Shown here: positions 11,110 through 20,183 of the stretch, piece by piece | How the letters are laid out: every line of letters begins with the position of its first letter | Position numbering within the stretch: position 1 is the stretch's first letter | Program-made: the position numbers and the translations under genes | The notes under the pieces: generated by a model | Database searches by the model: none | What the model was told of the DNA's origin: nothing | Seen by the model: only the letters and a program-made list of their open reading frames with translations | NCBI GenBank assembly: GCA_963749345.1 | Contig: CAVVMO010000004.1 | Span: 2,986,588 to 3,050,587, forward strand | Source of the DNA: an uncultured Bacteroidales bacterium | GTDB taxonomy: Bacteria > Bacteroidota > Bacteroidia > Bacteroidales > JAADJA01 | Direction of reading: 5' to 3' | DNA: 64,000 nucleotides

Positions 11110-11251
11110 GAAAGAAAGGGATATAATTTGATTTTGGTTGAAATAAATTGAAATAAATGGAATTAAGGGTATAGAGGACATTCGGGGAATAGATGTGAAA
11201 ACTCCATGCTCCAAGCCCCATGCTCCATGCATTAATTTAAAATTAAAACCT

Positions 11252-13150
11252 ATGAAAAATTTATTACTTATTACCTGCGGCTTAGCGATAGCGGCTGCAG
11301 TTCAGGCACAGATCATCCATGTTCCCGCCGATTATCCCACGATCCAGCAAGGGATTGATGCAGCAACCAACGGCGATACCGTGTTGGTATCGGACGGTAC
11401 GTATTACGAACAAATCAACTTCCTTGGCAAAAAGCCGCTGATGGTGGCTAGCGAATTCCTTACGGACGCTGATACTAATCATATCGCCAGTACCATTATC
11501 GATGGAAGCCAGTTGACTAATTTGGACAGCGCTTCGGTGGTGTATTTTGTTTCAGGGGAGGATTCTACATCAATCCTCTGTGGATTCACCGTACGGAATG
11601 GAAAAGGTACCTATACAACTGATAATTATAACGACCGGCAAGGCGGAGGTATATGGATTTCAAATGCAGGTGCAAAGATCATTCACAACAGGATCACCCA
11701 CAATACAGTTGATGATACACAGCCAGGAAACGGAGAAAGTACTTGCGGAGGAGGAATAGGGGCAAAATATGGTATGGGTAACTATTGGATTGTAATAGCT
11801 GACAATACGATTGACAGCAATTCCTGCATTTCAACGAATGAATATGCTCAGGGGGGAGGAATATTCTTAAGTTACAACACCAGGATCATCCATAACATTA
11901 TCTCTTATAACAGCGGTAGAGGCTACCAAAGCGCACAATTGTGGGGCGGTGGAATTTATGTTGCAGGATGGCCCAATACTATTGCAATTATTGAAGAAAA
12001 CACCATCACCAACAATACTACGAAAGGACTGGTCAATACTTGTTCGGCCGGGGTGGAATGTGCTAATGTTAAGGTTATATTTTCGGACAATTTGGTTGCC
12101 GATAATACAATAAAGCCGGGTGGTAATGGTGGAGGGGCAGGTTTTCTTTTATATCAGCCAAGGGCCGGGAGTGTATTCAGTAGAAATATTTTCAGAGATA
12201 ATGTAAGTAATGTTGGGATAGGTGGAGGAATGCTTGTTCAAACGAACTCAGCTTTTGTCATCAATACTGTTCTTTTTGAAAATAATTACTTCATTAATAA
12301 TGTGGCACCAGGTGGCGGTGCATTTTGCATTTTAAGCAACCCGGTTTTATTACAGAATAATGTTTTCACAGGTAATCAGGCAACAGGTTCTGGAGGGGCT
12401 TTGTATCTCGATAATAATTTAAATCTGCAAATGGAACATTTTGCCATACTGATCAACAATTCATTTTATGATAATGATGCCAATGGCGCTGGCGGAGCAA
12501 TATGCTCAATTAAAGCGAAGCCTTTGATTTTCAACTCAGTATTTTGGAGCGATAGTGCCAATAATGGTCAGGAAATCTTTATCGTTACGAATGATACAGC
12601 CGAAATAGCATACAGCAATATTAATGCTGATTATGTAAACGGCTATATGTACGATGGAGGCGGAAACATTAACGAAGACCCGTTATTTGAAGATCTTGAA
12701 TTACTTTCATTATCACAAAACAGCCCTTGTATTAATACCGGAACAGCAGAATATATCTGTCATTGCAACAGTTTATATACTGCTCCGGCTTACGATATAC
12801 TTGGAAATCTTCGTCCGCTAAACGATTATTTTGAAATGGGCGCATATGAAAGGCTAATTACGGGAATTGATTATAAGCTTTCCAATAAAACTAAAGATTG
12901 GCATTCTGTCTATCCCAATCCTTTCACCGGCGAGGCAAGGCTCAGTTATGAACTTGACAAGAAAACACAGGTAGAGATCAACCTTTACAACAGCAGTGGA
13001 GAGCTGATTCAAACATTGCTTTCAGAACAGCAGGAGGCAGGTAACCAAGAACTGCAATTCAGTTCCGGCAATTTACCGGCAGGAATTTATTTTTATCGCA
13101 TCACAACCGATTCAAAACAGGCAACAGGGAAAATGATTTTACTAAAATAA
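11252..13150 (+). CDS. Right-handed beta-helix repeat protein with T9SS CTD
   Basis: The likely start is ATG 11252 (MKNLLLITCGLAIAAAVQAQIIHVPADYPTIQQGIDAA), about 85% identical to the N-terminus of 8594... GGGI(Y/F/W) repeats. CTD ...AGIYFYRITTDSKQATGKMILLK. Confidence 0.85.
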   Translation: MKNLLLITCGLAIAAAVQAQIIHVPADYPTIQQGIDAATNGDTVLVSDGTYYEQINFLGKKPLMVASEFLTDADTNHIASTIIDGSQLTNLDSASVVYFVSGEDSTSILCGFTVRNGKGTYTTDNYNDRQGGGIWISNAGAKIIHNRITHNTVDDTQPGNGESTCGGGIGAKYGMGNYWIVIADNTIDSNSCISTNEYAQGGGIFLSYNTRIIHNIISYNSGRGYQSAQLWGGGIYVAGWPNTIAIIEENTITNNTTKGLVNTCSAGVECANVKVIFSDNLVADNTIKPGGNGGGAGFLLYQPRAGSVFSRNIFRDNVSNVGIGGGMLVQTNSAFVINTVLFENNYFINNVAPGGGAFCILSNPVLLQNNVFTGNQATGSGGALYLDNNLNLQMEHFAILINNSFYDNDANGAGGAICSIKAKPLIFNSVFWSDSANNGQEIFIVTNDTAEIAYSNINADYVNGYMYDGGGNINEDPLFEDLELLSLSQNSPCINTGTAEYICHCNSLYTAPAYDILGNLRPLNDYFEMGAYERLITGIDYKLSNKTKDWHSVYPNPFTGEARLSYELDKKTQVEINLYNSSGELIQTLLSEQQEAGNQELQFSSGNLPAGIYFYRITTDSKQATGKMILLK

Positions 13151-13178
13151 TTCAGATTAAAATAGACAAAAAGAAATA

Positions 13179-13285
13179 AGCAGGGTGTCTCTCCCTTAAT
13201 TGGTTTTGGTTAATATTTAGGTTTATATTCCTTCCTACATCGCCCTGCTTTAAACCGGCGGAGTTAATTCCCCGCCGGTTTTTTA
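13179..13285 (+). repeat. Conserved ~105-nt 3'-flank element ending in a terminator, copy 1
   Basis: AGCAGGGTGTCTCTCCCTTAATTGGTTTTGGTTAATATTTAGGTTTA...CGCCCTGCTTTAAACCGGCGG..CCGCCGGTTTTTT. Near-identical to 15735-15840. Confidence 0.8.
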
Positions 13286-13390
13286 TTGCAAGTCATCTGG
13301 TTTTAGTGATTCTAAAAATTATTGAAGGATCCATAAAGTAAATAAGAGTTGGGTATTGAATTAATGACAAATAAAATTCTACGTATCTAC

Positions 13391-13421
13391 TTGACTTCGA
13401 TGTTTTTTTGTATTATCTTTA
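13391..13421 (+). promoter_or_regulatory. Bacteroidota-type promoter (TTG-N20-TATCTTTA), duplicate of 4361-4391
   Basis: Same sequence block as upstream of 4428, here about 94 nt upstream of ATG 13515. Confidence 0.4.
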
Positions 13422-13514
13422 ACGCCAAAATTGCAATACCATCAAAACAAAATTTTCTTGAAAAAATGATGGATGAGGAAAATGATTATAGAATAAATTA
13501 TAAAATCAAAAACA

Positions 13515-15734
13515 ATGAAAAAATTAACTTTACTATTAGTCGCATCAATAAGCCTGGCAGGCTTTGCAAATGCTCAAAATCCTCAATGGCTGAATTACAC
13601 AAATGGTGATTATATCCGTGCAATGGCAGATGATGGAAATTTGATTTGGGTAGGAACCGAAGGTGGTTTGGTGAAACTTGACAAAACATCAGGATCTCCA
13701 ACTTTTTTCAACAAATCAAATTCCGACTTGGCTTCCAACTCTATCCTGTCATTTGCAATTAATGAAAACGGAAACAAGTGGATCGGGACTAAAGATGCAG
13801 GATTGGTAAAATTTGACGGACTAAATTGGACTACATACAACACTTCAAATTCCCCATTACCCTTGAACAGTATAGACGTATTAGCTATTGATGGAATTGG
13901 AATTTTGTGGATCGGAACAGCGGGCGGTTTAACGAATTTTGACGGTGCAACCTGGATAACCTACAATGAATCAAATTCGAGCTTGCCTGATAATGATATC
14001 ACTTATATAACATGTGATGGATTCGAAATATGGATTGGTACGTGGAGTGGCGGATTAGCAAAATTTGATGGAATTAACTGGACAATTTACAACAAATCCA
14101 ATTCGGGTCTGCCAGAAAATCATGTTACTTCAATTGCAATTGATGAAAACGGATCAAAATGGATAGGGGCAATTGGAAGTGATTTTACCGGAGGACTCGC
14201 AAAGTTTGACGGAACGTACTGGATAGTTTACAATACAGCAAATTCAGAATTGCCTTCTAATTGGGTACGATCAATAGCGATAGACGAAAACGACAATAAA
14301 TGGATTGGATCTTATGATTTTCAAAACGAAGGAGGATTAACTAAATTTGATGGAGGCAATTGGACAACATATAACACTTCAAACTCAGGGTTGCCCGAAA
14401 ATGATGTTAGATTAATAACAATAGACGGGAATGAAAATGTTTGGATTTTCTCTGATAGCGATTATTTTCCCATGGGTTTATCAAAATTTGATGGCACAAA
14501 CTGGTCAATTTACAACACTTCAAATTCCGAATTACCATCAAACCAGATAACTGCAACCGCCATAGATGACAATGGGAATCTTTGGATTGGAACAGGGGGA
14601 TATTATTTTAGTTTTCCGGGTACATTAATAAAATTTGACGGTTTAAACTGGACCATATACGACCCTGGGAATTCAGGATTACCCAGTTCCCAAATCAACA
14701 TATTAACCATAGATGACAATGGAACTAAATGGATTGGATCCAATAATGGATTAACAAAATTTGATGGATATAATTGGACAACTTATAATCATAGTAATTC
14801 AGGCTTACCTGATAATGAGGTTTATTCCATCGCTATAGAAGCAAATGGGGCGAAATGGATCGGGACCGGAAATGGGTTAGCAGAATTTGATGGAACAAAC
14901 TGGACAACTTACAATACTTCAAATTCGGGACTACCTGGCAATAATGTCTTATCAATAGCCATAGAAGATAACGGATTAAAGTGGATTGGGAGTTATAATG
15001 TTACTAATTTTGAGGGGGGAGGATTAACAAAATTTGACGGAATAGGCTGGACAACCTATACATCTGCAAATTCAGGTCTGCCTTATGACGTAGTAAACAC
15101 AATAGCCATAGACGAAAGCGGGACAAAATGGATTGGTACTTATAATAGTGGTAATTATGAGGGGGGGGGGTTAACAAAATTTGACGGAATAAGCTGGATA
15201 ACCTATACATCTGCAAATTCAGGTCTGCCTTATGACGTAGTAAGGTCAATAGCCATAGACGAAAACGGGACGAAGTGGATAGGGACTGATGACTTTTATT
15301 ATAGTGGCGGATTGGCAAAATTTGATGATGTAAACTGGACAATATACAACACCTCTAATTCAGCCTTGCCTTATCACTATATCCCTTCAATATCCATAGA
15401 TGAAAATGGGACAAAATGGATCGGGACCTTGAATGGTGGATTGACGGGATTTAATGAAAATGGCATTCCTGTTACTGTTAAAGAAAATAGAATAATAGAA
15501 AATAATATGATGGTTTTTCCTAATCCTGCTCAAAATAAAATCACAATTAAATCATCTGCAATGCCAGGAAATAAGAACCTTTCAATTTTCAATGTTACCG
15601 GGGAAAAAGTACTTGAAAGGCAGCTAACTGATAACGAAAATCAAATCGACATCAGCGCCTTGCCGCAGGGAGTTTATCTCCTGAGGCTGCAAAATGAAAA
15701 AACAGTGGAAGTGGGGAAGATGATAAAAGAATAA
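13515..15734 (+). CDS. Two-component-regulator-propeller (Reg_prop)-repeat protein with T9SS CTD
   Basis: About 14 repeats of GL(T/A)KFDGxNWT(T/I)YNTSNSGLPxNxVxSIAIDENGxKWIGT. Signal peptide. CTD LSIFNVTGEKVLERQL...GVYLLRLQNEKTVEVGKMIKE. Confidence 0.85.
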   Translation: MKKLTLLLVASISLAGFANAQNPQWLNYTNGDYIRAMADDGNLIWVGTEGGLVKLDKTSGSPTFFNKSNSDLASNSILSFAINENGNKWIGTKDAGLVKFDGLNWTTYNTSNSPLPLNSIDVLAIDGIGILWIGTAGGLTNFDGATWITYNESNSSLPDNDITYITCDGFEIWIGTWSGGLAKFDGINWTIYNKSNSGLPENHVTSIAIDENGSKWIGAIGSDFTGGLAKFDGTYWIVYNTANSELPSNWVRSIAIDENDNKWIGSYDFQNEGGLTKFDGGNWTTYNTSNSGLPENDVRLITIDGNENVWIFSDSDYFPMGLSKFDGTNWSIYNTSNSELPSNQITATAIDDNGNLWIGTGGYYFSFPGTLIKFDGLNWTIYDPGNSGLPSSQINILTIDDNGTKWIGSNNGLTKFDGYNWTTYNHSNSGLPDNEVYSIAIEANGAKWIGTGNGLAEFDGTNWTTYNTSNSGLPGNNVLSIAIEDNGLKWIGSYNVTNFEGGGLTKFDGIGWTTYTSANSGLPYDVVNTIAIDESGTKWIGTYNSGNYEGGGLTKFDGISWITYTSANSGLPYDVVRSIAIDENGTKWIGTDDFYYSGGLAKFDDVNWTIYNTSNSALPYHYIPSISIDENGTKWIGTLNGGLTGFNENGIPVTVKENRIIENNMMVFPNPAQNKITIKSSAMPGNKNLSIFNVTGEKVLERQLTDNENQIDISALPQGVYLLRLQNEKTVEVGKMIKE

Positions 15735-15840
15735 AGCAGGGTGTCTCTCCCTTAATTGGTTTTGGTTAATATTTAGGTTTAGATTCCTTCCTAACATCGC
15801 CCTTCTTTAAACCGGCGGGGGTGGTTCCCTGCCGGTTTTT
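15735..15840 (+). repeat. Conserved ~105-nt 3'-flank element ending in a terminator, copy 2
   Basis: Starts immediately after the stop codon at 15732-15734. Ends in ACCGGCGGGG..CCCTGCCGGTTTTT. Confidence 0.8.
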
Positions 15841-15851
15841 AATAAAACGGC

Positions 15852-15879
15852 AATCCCCCGCCGAAAAAGGCGGGGGATT
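15852..15879. terminator. Strong GC hairpin between convergent genes
   Basis: AATCCCCCGCC-GAAAAA-GGCGGGGGATT, an 11-bp stem. Confidence 0.5.
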
Positions 15880-15947
15880 GACTTAATTTGAAAAAACTAT
15901 GAATAAAAACCAGGTGTCAAACCCTTTATTTTGTTTTGATGCTCTTT

Positions 15948-16532
15948 TCAGAAAGTATAATCAAGATGCTCGGCGCCGACATACCCGCTCACATGTCCAC
16001 CCGTTCCGTTTGAGTTGATGATGATGGTGATTTGCATGTTGATGGTTTGATCAACACCGGGACCCGTTACCTTTACACCACCCCCGATCGACATGCTCGA
16101 TGCAGTTCCGAATGTTCCGCCCGGCTGTAAGGTAAATGTACCGGCAAGCGAAATGTATGGAGCACCGTTCATCATGTAGGTTCCTCCATTGCTGTTAAAA
16201 GTATAATCGTTGATGGCTTCGGTTAAGCCGATCTGCACTATTCCTGTAATAAGAGCGCCGGTATTATCATCCACAGTGATAGACCCGGTTACACTTCCAA
16301 GCACATGTATAGTTCCGCCTTCAACCCCATACTGGTAGTATTCCACATTGTAATTTATGGGAACGGTTGATTTTAAAGCCATTCCCTGCGAGTAACCGGT
16401 CATCCCGGCTTTGAATATTTCATTGATGAGAACCTTGTTGTCGAGTGTGGGCTCATCCTTGTCTTTTTCTTTATTGCAGCTTATCAGCATTATGAAAGCT
16501 GCTGCGCTTAACAATAAGATTATTTTTTTCAT
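15948..16532 (-). CDS. Hypothetical lipoprotein
   Basis: 194-aa ORF. Lipobox MKKIILLLSAAAFIMLISC. Same strand as, and downstream of, the 16606..18648 cargo gene. Confidence 0.6.
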   Translation of the reverse strand: MKKIILLLSAAAFIMLISCNKEKDKDEPTLDNKVLINEIFKAGMTGYSQGMALKSTVPINYNVEYYQYGVEGGTIHVLGSVTGSITVDDNTGALITGIVQIGLTEAINDYTFNSNGGTYMMNGAPYISLAGTFTLQPGGTFGTASSMSIGGGVKVTGPGVDQTINMQITIIINSNGTGGHVSGYVGAEHLDYTF

Positions 16533-16535
16533 CTT

Positions 16536-16618
16536 GTTTTTTGTCAGAGTTTATGGTGCTGACGCCGCACATTTTAATTTAATAAATATCTTTATAATTT
16601 CTGGATTACCTGTTAATG
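16536..16618 (-). repeat. Conserved 5'-leader block, copy 1
   Basis: On the minus strand: TGCGGCGTCAGCACCATAAACTCTGACAAAAAA directly upstream of the ATG at 16532, with a GTCAG...CTGAC hairpin. Matches 18651-18720. Confidence 0.65.
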
Positions 16619-18648
16619 ATCAGTTTCTGCTGTTCAAATAGCCCGTTCAACCCCACGGTAACGACGTAAAAACCGTTCATCAAACCGGCGGTACTGATCC
16701 GTTGCTGATCCTTCTTCAACGTTTCGGACATTACTTTTGCACCAAGGCTGTTATAGATTGTCAGTGTTGAGTTTTTGATGATTTTAGCTTCGGTGTTGAC
16801 AGTAATATAATCATCGGCAGGGTTCGGGTAAAGACGGAATGTTTTTACTGTTTCATTGTGATCCTCAACTCCTAAAGTGTTGAAAATAGTTACCTGCCCA
16901 TTGCGTATGCAACCGGATGCATCGGTTACGGTTACAGTATAGGTTCCACCGCAAAGATCCGTGATGGAAGAAGTAGATGAACCGTTGCTCCACTCATAGG
17001 TATAGGGAGCAACACCTGCAGTAACGATGGCCGAAGCGCTACCGTTGCAGGCCCAGGAACCCGATTCGTTTACACAGGTTATTTCGAGATGGAGTGAGCC
17101 ACTGACCTGCACCTCGTAAGGTCCGATATCAATCCAGCATCCGCTTATGCGGGGATTGCCATTAATATCGGTTACGGTACAGATACTGAGCGGATCGCCA
17201 GCCTCGATACAGGGTGAGCTCTCCGGCAACGACCAATCAGCTTCGTAACCGTTAAATGCTGCTCCACTTCCTGCCGAAGGAGATACAAACGACGGGTCGC
17301 TTTCAATATTATTGGAATAAGTGCCTGTATAGAAATTACCACCAGTATTGAATTCAGCAATGCCTCCCTGTACATTGCAATAATAAAAATCAGGATCGCT
17401 GGGTTCGTCAAAAAGGAATAATTGTGCACCTGCTCCGGCAGAAGTATTACCCCAGAATATGCAATTTTGCAATACTGGATTGGATTCGCTGCTGCAAAAC
17501 AATCCTCCTCCGTTGATGGCATCGTTGTTAGCCAGTACTGTGTTTACAACTTTTCCATTATATCCTGCACCATAAATACCTCCTCCATTGATTGCATAGT
17601 TATTTGTAATGGTATTATTGCTGATCTCGGTGTTTCCCGACATCGTATAAATACCACCTCCTCCGCTGTTATTCGCGGAGGCAATGTTATTTGATATGGT
17701 ATTCCCGAATATAACCAGGTTTCCCATGCAAAAAATACCGCCCCCACCTGTTGCTGATGAAGTGTTGCTGATAATGGTATTGCCGGCTATTCTGGCATTA
17801 TTGCCTTCGCTGTAAATTCCCCCTCCACCGTACCAACCGAAGGCGAAATTGCCGGAAATTAAATTGTTGGTGATGGTTGCATTTCCCATCCCGAAGAGGC
17901 ATATACCCGCACCGTTATAATCACAGGAATTATTTGAAATCTCATTGTTATCAATCGTAGCATTAATGCAGAAAATCCCGCCCCCGTAGCTTGCAGTATT
18001 ATTGGTTACCACATTGTTGCTGATGATGGGATAGCTTGTGCCTGAACAATAGATCCCACCTCCGCTTCCATAGCAGATAGGTGAGGCCGAATTGCTGGTA
18101 ATTTTATTGTGTTTGATAACCGGACTGCTGTTATCGCAATAAATACCACCGCCGCATCCACCACAATAAAAAGCTGCTGTGTTGTTTGTAATCAAACAGT
18201 TAGAAATTATGGCTTTCGAAAAAGAATTGATAAAAAGTGCTCCACCATGAATATCTGATGCGGCTCCGGTAGTGTTGCCGTATTGCAATTTGCAGTAAAT
18301 GATTTTAGATGTATCATTGGTAACAGGAGTATTGTCAAATCTTATTCCCCGCCAGCCGGCAACGATATCATCCGATGTAAAGGTAATGGTGTCGTTTTCA
18401 TTACCAATAGCCAGGATACGGCCCAGAACAAGCAGTTTGTATGGACCCTGAAAGTTGACCGTAACACCAGGTTCAATCACCAGTAAAGATCCGTCCGTTA
18501 TTTGTATAGGACCTTGAATTAAATATGGAGAGCCGGCTAATGACCAGGTTCCGTTCACATTGCCACCCGGAACGATGGTTTGTGAATCAAGATTAAATGT
18601 AAGTAAAGAAAACATCAATACGATAATACTACTGAACTTTGTTTGCAT
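16606..18648 (-). CDS. Beta-helix repeat protein with SprB-type repeat and T9SS CTD
   Basis: 680 aa. GGGIY/GGGIF repeats. C...CNGSASAIVTAGVAPYTYEWSNG...GGTYTVTVTDASGC (SprB-repeat-like). CTD LYPNPADDYITV...GFYVVTVGLNGLFEQQKLIINR. Confidence 0.85.
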   Translation of the reverse strand: MQTKFSSIIVLMFSLLTFNLDSQTIVPGGNVNGTWSLAGSPYLIQGPIQITDGSLLVIEPGVTVNFQGPYKLLVLGRILAIGNENDTITFTSDDIVAGWRGIRFDNTPVTNDTSKIIYCKLQYGNTTGAASDIHGGALFINSFSKAIISNCLITNNTAAFYCGGCGGGIYCDNSSPVIKHNKITSNSASPICYGSGGGIYCSGTSYPIISNNVVTNNTASYGGGIFCINATIDNNEISNNSCDYNGAGICLFGMGNATITNNLISGNFAFGWYGGGGIYSEGNNARIAGNTIISNTSSATGGGGIFCMGNLVIFGNTISNNIASANNSGGGGIYTMSGNTEISNNTITNNYAINGGGIYGAGYNGKVVNTVLANNDAINGGGLFCSSESNPVLQNCIFWGNTSAGAGAQLFLFDEPSDPDFYYCNVQGGIAEFNTGGNFYTGTYSNNIESDPSFVSPSAGSGAAFNGYEADWSLPESSPCIEAGDPLSICTVTDINGNPRISGCWIDIGPYEVQVSGSLHLEITCVNESGSWACNGSASAIVTAGVAPYTYEWSNGSSTSSITDLCGGTYTVTVTDASGCIRNGQVTIFNTLGVEDHNETVKTFRLYPNPADDYITVNTEAKIIKNSTLTIYNSLGAKVMSETLKKDQQRISTAGLMNGFYVVTVGLNGLFEQQKLIINR

Positions 18649-18650
18649 AT

Positions 18651-18720
18651 TTTTTTGTCAGTGATTATGGTGCTGACTCCGCACCTTTGATAGTAATTCT
18701 ACGAATTACCTGTTAATTAT
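18651..18720 (-). repeat. Conserved 5'-leader block, copy 2, plus remnant of a paralog tail
   Basis: On the minus strand: TGCGGAGTCAGCACCATAATCACTGACAAAAAAAT-ATG(18648). Further upstream ...ATAATTAACAGGTAA mimics the IINR-stop tail seen at 16606. Confidence 0.6.
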
Positions 18721-18849
18721 GTTGCAGGTAATTGCTAAAGGTGCAAATGATATTGGTTAATTTGCAGCTTGGATTAGGCTAATGAATGAATGAGTTTTGA
18801 AGAGTCTGTTATTGTCGTAAATACTTCAGCAGCTAAACTGAATATTTAA

Positions 18850-20013
18850 TTACCCGATTAATGGTTGTGCAAACCGCACAACATCTTCTCCGGTAACTTT
18901 ACCATCGCATAAAATGGCAAGCCTTTCCACTACATTCCGGAGTTCCCGAATATTTCCTGTCCATGGCATTTTCTGGAGTTCCTTAAAAGCTTTTTCTTCA
19001 TAATGCAACAATGGCTTTCCATTGCTGGCGCAAATTTGCAGCATGAAATGATCGGCCAGCAGGGGAATGTCATCTTTTCGCTCGCGCAAAGCAGGAACAT
19101 GAATCAGGATGACGCTTAGCCGGTGGTAAAGGTCCTCGCGGAACCTTTCTTTTTGAATTTCTTCTTTGATGTTTTTATTGGTGGCGGTAATCACCCTCAC
19201 ATCCACAGGGATATCCTTTTCACCACCCACCCGGGTTATCTTGTTTTCCTGAAGGGCACGAAGCACTTTTGCCTGGGCAGAAAGGCTCATGTCGCCGATT
19301 TCATCAAGGAAAATCGTTCCGCCATTGGCTTGCTCAAAATCGCCTCTCCGCTGTTTGATGGCCGAAGTAAACGAACCTTTTTCGTGTCCGAAAAGCTGGC
19401 TTTCGATCAGTTCTGAAGGTATGGCTGCGCAGTTGACCTCAATAAAAGGTGCATGGGAACGGTTGCCTTTTTCGTGCAGCCACCGGGCAACAAGTTCTTT
19501 TCCTGTTCCATTTTCACCGGTAATCAATACCCTTGCATCGGTAGGGGCTACCCTTTCGATCAAAGTTTTAATAGAAGTCAGAGCTTCGGATTCACCCACC
19601 ATTTCCCAGGTTGCGGTCACCTGCTTCTTTAATTTCTTGGTTTCAGTGATGAGATGGGATTTGTCAAGGGCATTCCGGATGGTGATCAATAACCGGTTCA
19701 GGTCAGGAGGCTTGGCAATGTAATCATAAGCTCCTTTTTTGATGCACTCTACAGCTGTCTCAATCGTACCATGCCCGGAGATCATAATGATGGGGGAGTC
19801 GGTCAGTTGTAGGGCTTTTGACAGCACTTCGATGCCATCCACACCGGGCATTTTAATGTCGCACAGGATTACATCATACGTGTTGACCCTGATTTTCTCA
19901 ATTGCAATATCTCCGTTTTCCGCATCATCCACCTGGTATTTTTCGGTTTCAAGAATATCCCGAAGTGTGTTTCGGATGCTCCGTTCATCATCGATGATCA
20001 ATATTTGCGCCAT
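18850..20013 (-). CDS. Sigma54-dependent response regulator (REC + AAA+), no C-terminal HTH domain
   Basis: REC domain ILIIDDE...DVILCDIKMPGVDG. Walker A GENGTGKE. GSFTSA in place of GAFTGA. Walker B GGTIFLDEIGDM. GNIRELRN. The ORF ends about 15 aa after the AAA+ module. Confidence 0.85.
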   Translation of the reverse strand: MAQILIIDDERSIRNTLRDILETEKYQVDDAENGDIAIEKIRVNTYDVILCDIKMPGVDGIEVLSKALQLTDSPIIMISGHGTIETAVECIKKGAYDYIAKPPDLNRLLITIRNALDKSHLITETKKLKKQVTATWEMVGESEALTSIKTLIERVAPTDARVLITGENGTGKELVARWLHEKGNRSHAPFIEVNCAAIPSELIESQLFGHEKGSFTSAIKQRRGDFEQANGGTIFLDEIGDMSLSAQAKVLRALQENKITRVGGEKDIPVDVRVITATNKNIKEEIQKERFREDLYHRLSVILIHVPALRERKDDIPLLADHFMLQICASNGKPLLHYEEKAFKELQKMPWTGNIRELRNVVERLAILCDGKVTGEDVVRFAQPLIG

Positions 20014-20134
20014 ACCAAAGGTTGTTATGAATTACAATCGCTCAAAGATAAAAATTTTATACCGCCACTGAACATGTTCGTTAAAAAAGAAGTCAATTTT
20101 CGTTTCATAGCGGCATAACTCTTTATAATGAGCT

Positions 20135-20167
20135 TTTGCAAATCTGATAAGAAAGAGTATATCTTTG
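20135..20167 (+). promoter_or_regulatory. Bacteroidota-type promoter (TTTG-N21-TATCTTTG)
   Basis: TTTG at 20135-20138 and TATCTTTG at 20160-20167, 17 nt upstream of ATG 20184. Confidence 0.55.
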
Positions 20168-20183
20168 CACTTTATAAATAGCA

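Noticed and set aside
13349-13609. ORF 13349..13609 (+) upstream of, and overlapping, the propeller gene start
   Set aside because: It spans the duplicated promoter block, is AT-rich low-complexity sequence, and runs into the signal-peptide region of 13515 in another frame.
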